The position numbers were made by a program, and so were the translations under genes. This document shows positions 38,320 through 46,741 of a DNA stretch of 64,000 nt, piece after piece. The notes below the pieces were generated by a model. That model was given only the letters and a program-made list of their open reading frames with translations, was not told the DNA's origin and did not search any database. Every line of letters begins with the position of its first letter. The first letter of the stretch is position 1. Source of the DNA: Clostridia bacterium (GTDB lineage: Bacteria > Bacillota > Clostridia > UBA1381); contig JAZRIR010000008.1 of the NCBI GenBank assembly GCA_045645365.1, positions 8,912 to 72,911 of the forward strand, given 5' to 3'.

Positions 38320-40134
38320 ATGTCATATGATTCATATTATCATTCGATTTGGAACCACGACGCAGAAACGGAAAGTACACTGCAAGTTTCAATTGGTGTA
38401 AAGCCTAGGCTTAATACACAATCTATTGATACAGAAGAAAATGTTAAATTATTTGAAATTGACGAAAAGATAAGATATATATCGGAATACTTTGCATCTA
38501 ATCACCTAATTCCACCAGGACATGTTGATTTGTTGCAATGTGGTACCGGTAAAGGTAAGACTTATAGAACCACAAAAGGATTTTTGAATGAAGCACGGAG
38601 GTGTAATTACAATATAATGCTAATTCTGCCAAGGAATATGATAGTACAACAAGTTTTGTCAGAGATGTTGTCTAAAGAAGTTAGTTTTAGTTTTGATAAT
38701 GGTGTGTATCATATAGATAATCTGACTATATGCACTTATCAAAAACTCTATAATGAACTTAAAAAGAAAAAACACATAGACAATACAATTTTTGGCAGAG
38801 AATATCGTGCGGTCATATTTGACGAATCGCATGTAATATTAGAAGACTCGTTATTTTCTGAAGCAGCAAATTTTATACTTGATGAAATGTTTGACTTTTT
38901 TAGAACTAAAGTTTCGTATTATTTCTTATCGGCAACAATGAAGTATGTTGAAAGAATAATTTATGAAACAGCTTGCGAAAAGCTAAAAAAAGTTAGTCAA
39001 ACTTATATGGGTGTTACAACAAAGAACCCGCCATTTTTTAGAAAATTTGTATTTCCTAACACCTATGAGAAATATAATGTCACTTATTTAGATACTGAAA
39101 ATGAAATAGTAAAATTGTATAATGAATTACCTGACAGTCGAAAACTATTAATTTTTGTATCATCAAAACAAATGGGAGAAAGATTATCATCATTAATGCC
39201 TGATTCAGTTTTCTTGTTTGCGGAAAATGATGATGAAAAGCTGTCAGATGAAGCACAGCTACAGTATTCAAAGATTAAGGAGTTATCATCATTTGATTGT
39301 AAAGCTTTAATTACCACTAAATTGCTTGATGCCGGAGTTAATTTCAAAATGAAAGACTTACGGGATATAGTAATTAATATTGAAGGCGGTGAAGATGAAT
39401 TCATTCAAATTGTCGGCAGGAGGAGGGCAATAGATGATGCTATGATAAACCTACATATTATGAAAATGGATTCTGATTACTTCAGGAAGAGAAGGTTTAA
39501 CTGTATTCAAAAATTAAATGCTATAAGTGATATTAAGAGATGTAATAAATGCATGAAGCAAAATAGAATTTATGCTGAAAGATTTAATATAGAAATAAAA
39601 CTATCTGGGTGTAAAACCTGCTATAAAAATGCGAAGAAAAAGTATTATTTAGAACCCAAAAATTATATGTTAATACAAGGCTTATTTACTGTTGATGGAC
39701 AAAATGTTGTAATCAATAAAATGGCTGAAGCAAAACTTAAACTAATGGTTGATTTTTATGATAGCATTCTTGATGATTTCAATACCGTTGGCGAACAAGC
39801 ATATATTATTAGACAATTGTCATGGCTTGGACTTGAAAATACATACAGCGAGTCGAATTATTTTTCAAAGGAGAGTATTCCTGTACAACTTATGGACTTA
39901 TCAAATATGCTTGAAGAATACCAGGAAAAAGAAATGAATGATGAGCTGCAGGCAGATTTTAGGCAGGAATTTCAAGAAATTGCAATTAAACTAAAGCTAT
40001 ACTCAAAAAGGAGTGAGAATAACATAGGACTAAACAAGATTAATCAAATTATAGAAGAAGCAAAATTATCATATAAAGTTGAATCACAAAGTACAAACAA
40101 CGGGACTGCTTGGAAGGTAATAAAGAAACTTTGA
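38320..40134 (+). CDS. SF2 (DExH-type) helicase-family protein
   Basis: 604 aa with motif I LLQCGTGKGKTY, motif II VIFDESH, motif III-like LSATM, TTKLLDAGVNF, and motif VI QIVGRRRA. A CxxC…CxxC cluster follows the core. Confidence 0.75.
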   Translation: MSYDSYYHSIWNHDAETESTLQVSIGVKPRLNTQSIDTEENVKLFEIDEKIRYISEYFASNHLIPPGHVDLLQCGTGKGKTYRTTKGFLNEARRCNYNIMLILPRNMIVQQVLSEMLSKEVSFSFDNGVYHIDNLTICTYQKLYNELKKKKHIDNTIFGREYRAVIFDESHVILEDSLFSEAANFILDEMFDFFRTKVSYYFLSATMKYVERIIYETACEKLKKVSQTYMGVTTKNPPFFRKFVFPNTYEKYNVTYLDTENEIVKLYNELPDSRKLLIFVSSKQMGERLSSLMPDSVFLFAENDDEKLSDEAQLQYSKIKELSSFDCKALITTKLLDAGVNFKMKDLRDIVINIEGGEDEFIQIVGRRRAIDDAMINLHIMKMDSDYFRKRRFNCIQKLNAISDIKRCNKCMKQNRIYAERFNIEIKLSGCKTCYKNAKKKYYLEPKNYMLIQGLFTVDGQNVVINKMAEAKLKLMVDFYDSILDDFNTVGEQAYIIRQLSWLGLENTYSESNYFSKESIPVQLMDLSNMLEEYQEKEMNDELQADFRQEFQEIAIKLKLYSKRSENNIGLNKINQIIEEAKLSYKVESQSTNNGTAWKVIKKL

Positions 40135-40154
40135 TAAAAAAGGAAGTGATTCCA

Positions 40155-40811
40155 ATGAAAAAAAGCATATTAAAATTTGATAGGGTTTCGGGAAACACCT
40201 ATCACACTATTATCAAAAATAATCACGGACGAAAGATATATTTAAGAGTTAATCGTTTTGATGAAACAATTACAATTTGCGATTGTTTCTATATTGACAG
40301 ACCAATGAGGAATGGCAACAGAGCCATTCCTCAAAAGTGGACAACCATTAAATGTAATTTTAATAGTCTAATTGATGTGTTGACAGGTGAGTTGGATAAG
40401 CATTTTTACGGAGTTGAGTTTTCTGAAAAGGAAACCAATACATCAGCAGAAGAATATATAACGCACTGTTTGAAGAGTAGTAAAAAATTTAGATTTCTGA
40501 TACTAGTTGACTGTGATGGTGTTTTGAAAACAAGGTTAAAAAACAGGGTGCACCGAACTATCTATCTTGAAATTAAACAAAACGTGGATAAAGGTCTGAT
40601 AAAGAATTGTCACTATTGCGATAGGAGCTATAAGCAAAACAATCGGGCTGTAACGCCTTTCGACTTAAAAACCATATACTTTGACTACAGCACGAAAAAG
40701 GTGCTTGAAATTATAAATAACGAGCTTAATTGCGATTTCACAGATGTTGTTGTTACAAGTGATACATTTAACTTCGTGGAAAGTAATATCCCTATATGCG
40801 GTTCGATATAA
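40155..40811 (+). CDS. hypothetical protein made of two tandem copies of an uncharacterised domain of about 85-90 aa
   Basis: Self-alignment by eye: GRKIYLRVNRFDETITICDCFYIDRPMRNGNRAIPQKWTTIKCNFNSLIDVLTGELDKHF matches HRTIYLEIKQNVDKGLIKNCHYCDRSYKQNNRAVTPFDLKTIYFDYSTKKVLEIINNELNCDF. RBS AGGAAG precedes the ATG at 40155. Confidence 0.6.
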   Translation: MKKSILKFDRVSGNTYHTIIKNNHGRKIYLRVNRFDETITICDCFYIDRPMRNGNRAIPQKWTTIKCNFNSLIDVLTGELDKHFYGVEFSEKETNTSAEEYITHCLKSSKKFRFLILVDCDGVLKTRLKNRVHRTIYLEIKQNVDKGLIKNCHYCDRSYKQNNRAVTPFDLKTIYFDYSTKKVLEIINNELNCDFTDVVVTSDTFNFVESNIPICGSI

Positions 40812-40855
40812 GTACAGGCTTATGTTGCATAAAATAAAAAGGAGGTTGATGTGTT

Positions 40856-40987
40856 ATGTCAGAATACACAGATATAAAAAACAATACATACATGATAACT
40901 AATACTGTGCTATTAACCGAAGAGGAAAGAGAACAGGCTGAAAATGAAATAGTTGAGGAATTATATAAGATTTTCGCACGAAAGTAA
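40856..40987 (+). CDS. possible 43-aa acidic protein directly upstream of the LSR gene
   Basis: GGAGG RBS 10 nt before the ATG. Product: MSEYTDIKNNTYMITNTVLLTEEEREQAENEIVEELYKIFARK. It is below the ORF-track size cutoff. Confidence 0.35.
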   Translation: MSEYTDIKNNTYMITNTVLLTEEEREQAENEIVEELYKIFARK

Positions 40988-41022
40988 AAAAATAAAAATT
41001 GGAGCAAAGGAGGTGAAATCGT

Positions 41023-42543
41023 ATGTCTATTGCTCTTTATGCAAGAAAGTCCATAGAACGTGAAAACAGTATTTCATGCGAAACGCAGCTTGAATATTGT
41101 AAATCTATGATAAAGCCTGATGAACAGGCGGAAAAAATCGTTACATTTGTTGACAATGGATTTTCGGGCGGTAATGTTGACCGTGACGGATTTCAGAAAA
41201 TGATGCGTCAGGTCGAGCGTGGGAAAATAAGCAAAATTATTGTTTACCGACTTGACAGAATAAGCAGAAGCTTATCAGATTTCGTTAATATTTTGAATAC
41301 ACTAAAAAAGTACAATGTAAAATTTATAAGCTCGCAGGAATTGTTTGATACATCAAGTCCTTATGGTGAAATGATTGTCAAAATACTTATGATTTTTGCA
41401 GAATTTGAAAGGCAAAGTATTATTGAAAGAGTAACGCAGGCTTATGCCCACAGGAGCGAAATGGGCTTTTATATGGGCGGTAGAAGACCGTACGGTTTCA
41501 CCTTGACAGATACAATTATTCACAATATTAAGACAAAAATGTTCTCTCCTATAGTGGAAGAAATTGAACAGCTAAAATATATATTTGAAGCATACTCAGT
41601 TCCGGGAATAACACTTCGAAGACTTATGGATAATCTTATTGATAATGGTATTCTTCCTACTGTCGGAAGTTGGTCAACAGGAAAACTATCTACAATTCTG
41701 AAAAATCCAATTTATGTTAAAGCAGATAATGATGTGTATGAGTATCTCTTAAAACATAATACAAATATTATAAGCGATATTTCAGAATTTGACGGAGTAC
41801 ACGGACTGCAGATTTATGGTAAAACAAAACATTCCGCAGATGATTGGTCAGATATGAAAGCTGTGGTTATGTCCCACGAAGGTATTATAAATTCTGATGT
41901 TTGGATTAACTGTCAGAAAAAGCTTGCAAAAAACAAGCAGATAGGAAATGCTATAAGCAATACAACAAGCTGGCTTGGTGGTAAAATTGTATGTAAAAAC
42001 TGCAGACGGACAATGACGGTTACAAAGGGTGGTAAACGTAAAGACGGCTCTCAAACAAGATATTTTAGTTGTACAGGAAAATCCCATAATCGCATCTGCA
42101 AAGGCACAAGTAAGCCTGTATATGCTGATAGTTTGGAGGATATGGTTTACGAGCTTGTTTCCGAGAAGCTTGAAACATTAAGAAGTTGTCGCAAAAAAAT
42201 ATCAACAGACAATTCTAATCAGATAAATCTTCTCAAAAACCGTATCAGTGAAATAAAAAAGGCACAGGAAAAGCTTGTAAACCTACTGATGAATGACACT
42301 ATTGAAGCAGATATGATTAATCTTCTAAATGAAAAAGCAAAAAAGCTTGCAGAAGAAAAAGCTGATATTCTTTCTAAAATTGATGCTCTTGAAAACGAAG
42401 AAAGTGAAATAATAAGTGCCATCAATTTATCAAAGAAATGGAGAACAGCAAACTATGAGGAGCGAAAGGCTGTATGCAATATATTGATACATAAAATACT
42501 GATAGATGAATCAGGAAATTGCGAAGTCGTATGGAATATATAA
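41023..42543 (+). CDS. large serine recombinase (integrase of element A)
   Basis: 506 aa with the resolvase catalytic domain (IALYARKSIERENSISCETQ, YRLDRISRS), a recombinase domain, a Cys-rich zinc ribbon (CKNC…CTGKSHNRIC) and a C-terminal coiled coil. Confidence 0.92.
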   Translation: MSIALYARKSIERENSISCETQLEYCKSMIKPDEQAEKIVTFVDNGFSGGNVDRDGFQKMMRQVERGKISKIIVYRLDRISRSLSDFVNILNTLKKYNVKFISSQELFDTSSPYGEMIVKILMIFAEFERQSIIERVTQAYAHRSEMGFYMGGRRPYGFTLTDTIIHNIKTKMFSPIVEEIEQLKYIFEAYSVPGITLRRLMDNLIDNGILPTVGSWSTGKLSTILKNPIYVKADNDVYEYLLKHNTNIISDISEFDGVHGLQIYGKTKHSADDWSDMKAVVMSHEGIINSDVWINCQKKLAKNKQIGNAISNTTSWLGGKIVCKNCRRTMTVTKGGKRKDGSQTRYFSCTGKSHNRICKGTSKPVYADSLEDMVYELVSEKLETLRSCRKKISTDNSNQINLLKNRISEIKKAQEKLVNLLMNDTIEADMINLLNEKAKKLAEEKADILSKIDALENEESEIISAINLSKKWRTANYEERKAVCNILIHKILIDESGNCEVVWNI

Positions 42544-42545
42544 CA

Positions 42546-42583
42546 AAAATCTGCTAATCTATTGATTTAAAGCAGATTTTTTG
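42546..42583 (+). terminator. rho-independent terminator after the LSR gene
   Basis: aaatctgct / agcagattt stem followed by a T-run. Confidence 0.75.
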
Positions 42584-42622
42584 TTATAATATAAAAAAAG
42601 AGAGTTGAAAGGAGCGGAATTT

Positions 42623-42925
42623 ATGTCGGATAAGATTTATACAGTAGATGATATTAAAATGGTTTTACACCCTATTTTTAGTGGTTATAGCGTAAAAAAA
42701 GCTATTCTTTTCGGTTCGTATGTAAAAGGAATGGCGAACTCAAGAAGCGATATAGATTTGCTTCTTGATAGCGGTTTAAGAGGTTTGAGTTTTGTTGGTC
42801 TTATTGAGGATATTCGCACAGCACTTGATAAAGAAGTAGATGTTTTTGATGTTTCACACATTGTACCACAATCCCGAATATCGTCAGAAATTTTAAAAGA
42901 CGGGGTAACAATCTATGAAGAATAA
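42623..42925 (+). CDS. minimal nucleotidyltransferase (MNT/MntA-type antitoxin)
   Basis: About 100 aa with the pol-beta-type motif GSYVKGMANSRSDIDLLLD. Confidence 0.85.
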   Translation: MSDKIYTVDDIKMVLHPIFSGYSVKKAILFGSYVKGMANSRSDIDLLLDSGLRGLSFVGLIEDIRTALDKEVDVFDVSHIVPQSRISSEILKDGVTIYEE

Positions 42926-43247
42926 AATTATAATTGAAAAAATACTCAAATATATTCAAAAAGTTTTATCCTATGTTGAAGGAGCAGACTACGATAGCTT
43001 TGTCGAAAATACAATGCTTGTTGAAGCCTGTGTTTTTAATCTCGGACAAATAGGTGAACTTGCAAACAAAATTGACAAAGAGTTTGAGGAACAATATAAT
43101 CAAATTCCGTGGAGAGTATTATACGGATTAAGAAATAAAATAGTTCACGATTATGAGGGTGTTAATTTAACTCTTATATGGGAAATACTCGAAACTGATT
43201 TGTCTGAGCTTAATAGCCAATTAGATGAATTATATAATAAAATTTAG
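42915..43247 (+). CDS. HEPN (DUF86/HepT-type) toxin
   Basis: 110 aa with the Rx4H motif LRNKIVHDY. It overlaps the MNT gene by 11 nt. Confidence 0.85.
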   Translation: MKNKIIIEKILKYIQKVLSYVEGADYDSFVENTMLVEACVFNLGQIGELANKIDKEFEEQYNQIPWRVLYGLRNKIVHDYEGVNLTLIWEILETDLSELNSQLDELYNKI

Positions 43248-43280
43248 GTGCTGGAAATTTAATTTCAGCACCTTTGATAT
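43246..43280 (+). terminator. terminator hairpin at the right end of element A
   Basis: ggtgctggaaatt / aatttcagcacc stem followed by a T-rich tract. Confidence 0.65.
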
Positions 43281-43322
43281 TTATAGAAAATCTGTTTGAA
43301 TTAGTCAGTTTTGCTTCACCAA

Positions 43323-43656
43323 ATCTCTGGAAATGCACAACCTCTCGTTGTCTTAAGAATTTAATGACTTCATTTACATCAGGGTCATCTGAAAGTCTTA
43401 AGATGTTGTCATAGACAGCTCGTGCTTTTTGCTCTGCAGCGAGATTTTCATAGAGATTAGTAAGCGGGTCGCCTGTTACAGCTATCGATGCTGCGTTAAA
43501 AGGAGTTCCCTGTGCGTTTTGTGGGAATACACTTGCGCCGTTGTCTGCGTAATATTCCGCACTCTTCATATTCAGCCATTCTTTTGGTGTTGCACCGTCT
43601 GCTAGTTGCTGAACTAGTGTTCCGACCATTTCAAGATGCCCGAGTTCCTCAGTTCC
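43323..43656 (-). pseudogene. cotJC: cotJC-type Mn-catalase gene, central fragment
   Basis: Minus-strand translation: GTEELGHLEMVGTLVQQL…TGDPLTNLYENLAAEQKARAVYDNILRLSDDPDVNEVIKFLRQREVVHFQRFGEA. This is collinear with my recollection of CotJC (…TDIGTEEFAHLEM…KGDPIADLYEDIAAEEKARATY…SDDPDLNDSLRFLREREIVH…). The listed ORF 43210-43629 is this fragment read through into element A. Confidence 0.9.
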
Positions 43657-43925
43657 TGTGTTCTATACTATTTTGCTCTGTTAAAAATTTTTAAAAATTT
43701 TATTTTCAGCAATAGCACAGAAAAGCCCTATTTTGAAAAATATTTTTGAAAAAAGTTTTATATTGGACATAAATTTAAACAGTGTGTGTTAATTAATAAT
43801 AGAGAATGCTATATATACTAGTTTAAAATATTGATACTACTAAATAATTGATAACAACCTTAAAGCATACGGGGATTATGCCCTTACGGTATTTTTGAAG
43901 GGTGGGTGGTTGGGTTGTACCTTTG

Positions 43926-44717
43926 CTAAATTTCATTTATCTCTAATATATTGTCATAAGGTATAATTGCATCAGGTTTCAAGTAAGCAAATATTTCCCC
44001 ACAAGCACAATCTGATATTACAGACAATGACATATCAATCAGATTTTCAGCAATAGTCTTTCCTTCATTAGGGAAACTATATTCTGCAAAATCACTTATT
44101 TTAGCATAAAATTTTATTCCATATCCTTTACAAGATTTATACCATTTTCGAGATAAATCAGTTTTCAGTAGTTCATCTATATTATACAATATTTCAGGAC
44201 GTAGATGAACACATCCCAAATAATCATTTATATCTTCAATATAAAAGAAACAACTAACTTGATTGTCGTAATAAATTTTTCTTGCAATATGAGTGACTGG
44301 ATTATCTGCTCTATAATTTACATATTCTATATTATATTCGTTTCCGTTTGCTATCATTGATTTTTTCTCTATATTAAAATTAATGCCAAAAGTATTCAAA
44401 AAATTATTTAATGGCGTATTATGAGATAGCGCAAATTGTAAATCTCTTAAACCAAATTTTTTTATTGATTGGCATTGGTCAAAATTAGATGTGTAATGAA
44501 TAGCACATAACAAGACGTTTTTAGTATCTAAATCTTCTAATTGGATATTAAAAGTTCTACATAAATTATTAACATTCACTTTTGTTGCATCGGTACAAAA
44601 GTCAGTTTGTATAATATTGTCATTGATAAACTCAATAATATTTTCTTTTGAAATCCCTGTAAATTGAGATAAAAATTCTAATGCGTTGTCTTTATTTGCT
44701 ATATCAAAGTATATCAT
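43926..44717 (-). CDS. hypothetical protein (263 aa)
   Basis: Long ORF with an AAGGTGA RBS. It is the last gene of the minus-strand cluster. I recognised no motif. Confidence 0.55.
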   Translation of the reverse strand: MIYFDIANKDNALEFLSQFTGISKENIIEFINDNIIQTDFCTDATKVNVNNLCRTFNIQLEDLDTKNVLLCAIHYTSNFDQCQSIKKFGLRDLQFALSHNTPLNNFLNTFGINFNIEKKSMIANGNEYNIEYVNYRADNPVTHIARKIYYDNQVSCFFYIEDINDYLGCVHLRPEILYNIDELLKTDLSRKWYKSCKGYGIKFYAKISDFAEYSFPNEGKTIAENLIDMSLSVISDCACGEIFAYLKPDAIIPYDNILEINEI

Positions 44718-44740
44718 AATGTCACCTTATTAAATAAATC

Positions 44741-44784
44741 TGACACCAAAGACTCGTCTATTATAAGGCGAGTTTTTGGTGTCA
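44741..44784 (-). other. 16-bp stem-loop between the DUF2752 gene and the 263-aa gene
   Basis: tgacaccaaagactcg / cgagtttttggtgtca, with one G-U pair and a 12-nt loop. No clear U-tract follows on the minus strand. Confidence 0.6.
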
Positions 44785-44794
44785 TCAATATCCA

Positions 44795-45136
44795 TTAGCT
44801 TTTATTCTTTCTAATTTTTTTCATAACAATAATTAGCACATCAATACTGATTAAACAAAGAATAAAAAGAACAACAACTATATACTTATTACTTTGAAAG
44901 GCAGAAACAAAGTCAAAATGCAACAAATAATTTATTGCTGTTCTCATTCCACAAAAAATACAAGAATAATCTTCGTTGTCACACAAAAATCTAAACGGAG
45001 CAAAGAATTGTATAAACATTCCATTAGCAAAAAAAACTATATATACGATAATTCTTATTTCCTCAAATAGTGTGATGTTGTAATTATTGCATTTTTTCAC
45101 AATCTTTAACTCCTGAAACAAACTTTGTCCCAGCAA
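44795..45136 (-). CDS. DUF2752-like small membrane protein
   Basis: A TM helix followed by C…CIFCGMRTAINYLLHFDFVSAFQSN, matching the CxxCGxTR…A…N signature as I recall it for DUF2752. The start is uncertain, because the listed start overlaps the upstream gene by 53 nt. Confidence 0.55.
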   Translation of the reverse strand: MLGQSLFQELKIVKKCNNYNITLFEEIRIIVYIVFFANGMFIQFFAPFRFLCDNEDYSCIFCGMRTAINYLLHFDFVSAFQSNKYIVVVLFILCLISIDVLIIVMKKIRKNKS

Positions 45137-45626
45137 TTATTTGTAAAATGCCTGGAACAAATAAAATAATACCTAACCCACAAGTTGCAACAATACCTGC
45201 TGCACAAGTAAAGAAAAGGATGGAAATAGCCACAATTGAACCAATTAAATAGATATAAGATAGTGTTTTCTTAGTTTTAATATTTTTTGTGAAAAATAAA
45301 ACTAATCCTATTATAAAAACAGCAATACCAATTAAAACTGCAATAAACAATCCTTGTGAAGACACATCAGCGCCTACACTAATGCTTAGACCTCCATCAT
45401 TTGTTTCTTCACTTTGTGAAAGGGTATCTACTATGTAGCTGCTTATAGCCAAAAGAAAAGGCACACAAAACGCAATAATATTTAACAAATGAGCAGAAAA
45501 CATTTTTTTCTTGCCGTTGTCGTTTGCAATAGTGGTCTCCTTATGTAACACATAACCGCAATTTATACACGATTGAGCTTGGTCAGATATTTCTTTTCCG
45601 CATTCAGGACAATTAATCAAAGCCAT
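45084..45626 (-). CDS. zinc-ribbon membrane protein
   Basis: 180 aa with an N-terminal zinc ribbon (CPECGKEISDQAQSCINCG) followed by four hydrophobic helices. Confidence 0.65.
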   Translation of the reverse strand: MALINCPECGKEISDQAQSCINCGYVLHKETTIANDNGKKKMFSAHLLNIIAFCVPFLLAISSYIVDTLSQSEETNDGGLSISVGADVSSQGLFIAVLIGIAVFIIGLVLFFTKNIKTKKTLSYIYLIGSIVAISILFFTCAAGIVATCGLGIILFVPGILQIIAGTKFVSGVKDCEKMQ

Positions 45627-45759
45627 AATTTTACACTCCTATCAAAATTATATAATCATTATATCACAAACTAACATAATAGTCAATTATTGTGGGAAAA
45701 TTTAGAATTTTATGTCGAAAGTTTACTATTATATAATTTAAAATATTTATGTCATGGGC

Positions 45760-45788
45760 GTTGACTATAGTATTTAATGGAGGTATAA
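45760..45788 (+). promoter_or_regulatory. near-consensus sigma-A promoter
   Basis: TTGACT (45760-45765), a 17-nt spacer, then TATAAT (45783-45788). Confidence 0.65.
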
Positions 45789-45794
45789 TATATA

Positions 45795-45989
45795 TAAGCA
45801 AGTTATATGGGTATATGATTTGCTTGGTTTTATGGTATATAGTGCAACGGCACGGCTTGAATTATTATTTAAGTTGGTGGCGGTGGCGGTGGTTTTCTTT
45901 TGCAGGTGCTAAAGAGATTAAATAATGAATAGAGCAATAGCCAGTATTGGCTTTAAGTGTCGTTACAAATGGTAACGGCACTTTTTTTG
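45795..45989 (+). ncRNA. transcription unit of about 190 nt: either a terminated leader or small RNA, or a 32-aa peptide mini-gene (45814-45912)
   Basis: It lies between the promoter above and an intrinsic terminator (gtgtcgttac / gtaacggcac, 45957-45981, plus T7). It contains the ORF MICLVLWYISATARLELLFKLVAVAVVFFCRC. The next gene's RBS follows the terminator. Confidence 0.4.
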
Positions 45990-46021
45990 TGTAGAAATAT
46001 TTTTATAAGGGGGTAACGGAT

Positions 46022-46528
46022 ATGTTACATAGTAGTTATTTTAATAGTGTTTGGAAAAAGAACAAGGGTGTTAAGGACGTTAGGTTTAAATTTGCAACGG
46101 TGGCGGTATTTGTCAGAAGGGTACTTGATAAAATGGGGTTATTTAGTTGTGCTGATGTTGAGAAAGATATTACGTGTGCTATGAAACAAGACTTTGATGA
46201 GTTTGATATTACAGTTGATAAGAAAAATGCACAAGTAGTATTAGAGGCAGATATTTGGGGTATTGGTACACTTGATAACGAAAGAAGAAAAGCACAGGTG
46301 CTTAAACGTATAAATGAGTATAACCAACACCTGCAGTTCGGGTATTGTATGCTGATAGATAGCAGGGTTATATATCGTATTAGAGAGAGCATCTATCTGG
46401 GTGCTGATGATGCGGAAGATTTAGCAGTAGCAGAAAGGCTAATCAGACGCTTTGAAATGGATGTCAAGTATGTTGATGATAAAATCTTTGACAGAGCAGT
46501 TGACAATCTCAATACCTTGACTAAATGA
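46022..46528 (+). CDS. hypothetical protein (168 aa)
   Basis: ORF with a GGGGG RBS. I recognised no confident motif. Confidence 0.5.
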   Translation: MLHSSYFNSVWKKNKGVKDVRFKFATVAVFVRRVLDKMGLFSCADVEKDITCAMKQDFDEFDITVDKKNAQVVLEADIWGIGTLDNERRKAQVLKRINEYNQHLQFGYCMLIDSRVIYRIRESIYLGADDAEDLAVAERLIRRFEMDVKYVDDKIFDRAVDNLNTLTK

Positions 46529-46741
46529 GATAGAAAAAGTGTCATCAGCAGGCGTTGCAAAAATGGGTATCTGGTTTCAACCAGATACAAAAATTGTGTT
46601 TTGAGCCATTTGAAATATGGAATTCATCGGCACAGAATAGGTTGAGTATATAAAAGTGTTACGTTATAAAATTTCAAAATTTTAGATTTTTAGGTGTAGT
46701 CAAAAAATCAGACTTTACAGGACAGAAAGGCGGTTGATTAG

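Larger units (their letters stand above)
29691..43330. mobile_element. Integrated element A (about 13.6 kb), a large-serine-recombinase element inserted in the cotJC-type gene
   Basis: It is bounded by an 8-bp direct repeat GCTTCACC (29691-29698 and 43323-43330). The host reading frame is restored if the interval is removed. Joining the inner ends gives an attP-like imperfect inverted repeat. The LSR gene lies at 41023-42543, near the right end. Confidence 0.85.

Noticed and set aside
40792-41007. 71-aa minus-strand ORF between the duplicated-domain gene and the integrase
   Set aside because: It has no RBS and is antisense to a plus-strand 43-aa ORF that has a good GGAGG SD. All neighbouring genes are on the plus strand.
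43210-43629. Listed 139-aa minus-strand ORF taken as an intact gene
   Set aside because: It is the central fragment of the split Mn-catalase gene. The catalase-like sequence extends upstream of the listed Met to 43656. The last 33 or so residues (KLTNSNRF…HLIGY) are read-through into element A, across a plus-strand terminator.
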